From: a candidate division WOR-3 bacterium
GTDB taxonomy: Bacteria; Hydrothermota; Hydrothermia; B15-G9; WFZT01
Length of the DNA stretch: 62,877 nt
NCBI GenBank assembly: GCA_027053075.1
Contig: JALUEE010000004.1
Location: 1-62,877, forward strand
Direction of reading: 5' to 3'
Of this stretch, positions 61,229 through 62,877 are shown in pieces. The notes under the pieces are model-generated. The model was not told the DNA's origin, did no database searches, and was given only the letters and a program-made list of their open reading frames with translations. The position numbers and the translations under genes are program-made. Positions within the stretch are counted from its first letter, which is position 1; each line of letters opens with the position of its first letter.

Positions 61229-62068
61229 ATGCTCACAAGGTCTTTTATATTTGTTCCCACCCATAGTGAGAAGATGATGAGGAAGGCCCAGACTTTTCGT
61301 GCTGATGGGGTCATCCTCGACCTGGAGGATGCAGTTGCACCTGAGGAGAAAGATGCATCAAGAGAGAGACTCGAGAGGTTTTTGGGGGAGCTCGATTTTG
61401 GCTACAAATCTGTATTTGTGAGGATCAATGCATTTGAAACAATTTGGGGAAGGAGAGACGCCGAGGTTGTGAGGTCAATAAAACCCGATGCCGTTGTGGT
61501 ACCCAAGGTTAAAGATTTAAGGGATTTAGAGGTGGTGGCTGAGATAACTGGTGACATACCCCTTGTTTCCATGATAGAGACCCCGCAGGCTATTTTAAAC
61601 CTTAACAATATTTCGAGATGTCGGAGGCTAATTGGATTTTTCTTTGGGGCAGCAGACCTTACTGGTGAGCTCAATATGACACTCACAAGGTTCAGAAACG
61701 AAATGATTTATTTCATGTCCGCTGTTGTTACAGTTGCTCATGCCCGTAACCTCTTTGTTTTAGATACACCGGCCTTTGATCTCAGGGACGAGGAAGCCCT
61801 GAGGAAGCAGGCCGAATTTGCAAAGATTATGGGTTTTGATGGCAAGACGGCAATTCATCCTGCACAGCTTGATGTAATTAATGAGGTCTTCAGTCCTCGA
61901 GGGGAGGAAGTTGAATGGGCAAAGAGGGTGAAGGAGGTCTTTGAAAAGGCTCTGAAGCAGGGTAGGGGAGTGACCACCCTCGATGGTAAGATGATAGAGA
62001 GGATTCATTACAGGAGGGCACTGAAGATACTCGAATATTCTGCCGAAATCAACCAACGCGGATATTAA
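61229..62068 (+). CDS. CoA-ester lyase (CitE/HpcH family)
   Basis: RSFIFVP, DLEDAV, VRIN, IETP, GFDGKTAIHP.Q, DGKMIE. Confidence 0.9.
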   Translation: MLTRSFIFVPTHSEKMMRKAQTFRADGVILDLEDAVAPEEKDASRERLERFLGELDFGYKSVFVRINAFETIWGRRDAEVVRSIKPDAVVVPKVKDLRDLEVVAEITGDIPLVSMIETPQAILNLNNISRCRRLIGFFFGAADLTGELNMTLTRFRNEMIYFMSAVVTVAHARNLFVLDTPAFDLRDEEALRKQAEFAKIMGFDGKTAIHPAQLDVINEVFSPRGEEVEWAKRVKEVFEKALKQGRGVTTLDGKMIERIHYRRALKILEYSAEINQRGY

Positions 62069-62077
62069 GAGTCTTCT

Positions 62078-62121
62078 GAGCGTGTTCAATTATGTAAATT
62101 TCCCTCCTTCCCTCCGGGAAG
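62078..62121. repeat. Truncated MITE end and half palindrome (IS110 insertion target)
   Basis: GAGCGTGTTC TIR, then TAAATTTCCCTCCTTCCCTCCGGGAAG, nearly identical to the reverse complement of 49708-49735 but cut short. Confidence 0.65.
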
Positions 62122-62877
62122 ATAACAATAATATTTGTCAAGATTGATAATAACAGTGTCATAAAATCTGATATTACTGATATCGTAAAATATTTTTACC
62201 ACTGCTTTCCATTGCCTTTGTGATTTTTGACAATATTACCCCCCTTTTAAACTGCTAAACTGCTGGACAAAATCTGAATTTTTTCCTCTTTCTGCCTGCC
62301 TAAAATATGTTTACATCTGTTTCACTACTTTCCGTTGGACGCTGTGCCCTCTTCTCCACCCCCGCCATCTCCATCCTTCTCATCGCCATCTCTTCTCCCC
62401 TCCTTATACCTTCCATCGCTTTCTCCAAACTCCACTCCTCTCCGCTCACCGCTATCGCATACACTATCTCCGCTAATTTCCTTGCTACCGCCCCTCCCGC
62501 TGCCCTCTTGCTCTTACCACGCCTCAATAACCTCTGATAATACGCCCTTATCTGCGGATTCGTCCGCCTCGCACTCACACCCGCAAGTAAAAATGCCATC
62601 TTCAACATCCTGTTTCCCTTGTTCGTCATCTTCCCCCTCCTTCGCATATCTCCACTCTCCCACACCGTAGGATACAACCCACAATAACCCACAAATTTCT
62701 TCTTGTTCCTAAACCTACGCTTTATGTCCCCTGCCTCCGCTATTATCACTCCCGCTGTCACCCAGCCTATCCCCGGTATGCTCGTTATCTTGCACTCCGA
62801 ATAGTATTCCTCAACTATCTCCTTTACTTCCCTGTCTATCTCCTTTATCACCCCATCGATCTCCAATATCTGCCTCA
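62122..62877 (-). mobile_element. IS110-family element (right end and 3' part)
   Basis: Transposase plus about 180 bp of non-coding right end with outward-facing TTGACA (62141-62136) 14 nt from a CT core (62121-62120). Confidence 0.8.
62300..62875 (-). CDS. IS110 family recombinase/transposase, 5' partial
   Basis: SIPGIG..TA..IIAEAGDI.RF...YCGL.P...ESG...GN..LK...AVARKL; frame open to the window edge. Confidence 0.93.
   Translation of the reverse strand, partial: RQILEIDGVIKEIDREVKEIVEEYYSECKITSIPGIGWVTAGVIIAEAGDIKRRFRNKKKFVGYCGLYPTVWESGDMRRRGKMTNKGNRMLKMAFLLAGVSARRTNPQIRAYYQRLLRRGKSKRAAGGAVARKLAEIVYAIAVSGEEWSLEKAMEGIRRGEEMAMRRMEMAGVEKRAQRPTESSETDVNIF

Overview
62.9 kb of a gene-dense bacterial chromosome. 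Inferred source: a thermophilic diderm of the WOR-3/FCB-like type, suggested by GWxTD proteins, T9SS-like C-terminal domains, TrmI, DpsL and a eukaryote-type citrate synthase. Most genes are housekeeping (htpX, purH, rtcA, glyA, tenA, rpiB, argF, copB plus a multicopper oxidase, dps, pit, uvrB, citrate synthase, carB, ribBA, ribH, trmI, purL) or encode secreted proteins. I saw no rRNA, tRNA or CRISPR array. Most notable: (1) an AT-rich two-gene island encoding a 434-aa proteasome-beta/Ntn-hydrolase-like protein coupled to a 55-aa partner that the ORF track misses; (2) a sigma-54 promoter with three palindromic upstream sites ahead of a lipoprotein and two paralogous, unusually short TonB-dependent-receptor-like genes; (3) an IS110 element whose right end interrupts a palindromic repeat at a CT core, with a candidate left end/bridge-RNA region at the other window edge; (4) a MITE family and many GNA-loop palindromes; (5) a perfect parS inside a 38-bp palindrome; (6) about eight apparently leaderless genes; (7) a LamG-domain gene split by one in-frame TGA; (8) a 126-bp-repeat LVIVD beta-propeller gene with position-restricted variability. 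All family calls are from motif recognition by eye; no searches were run.
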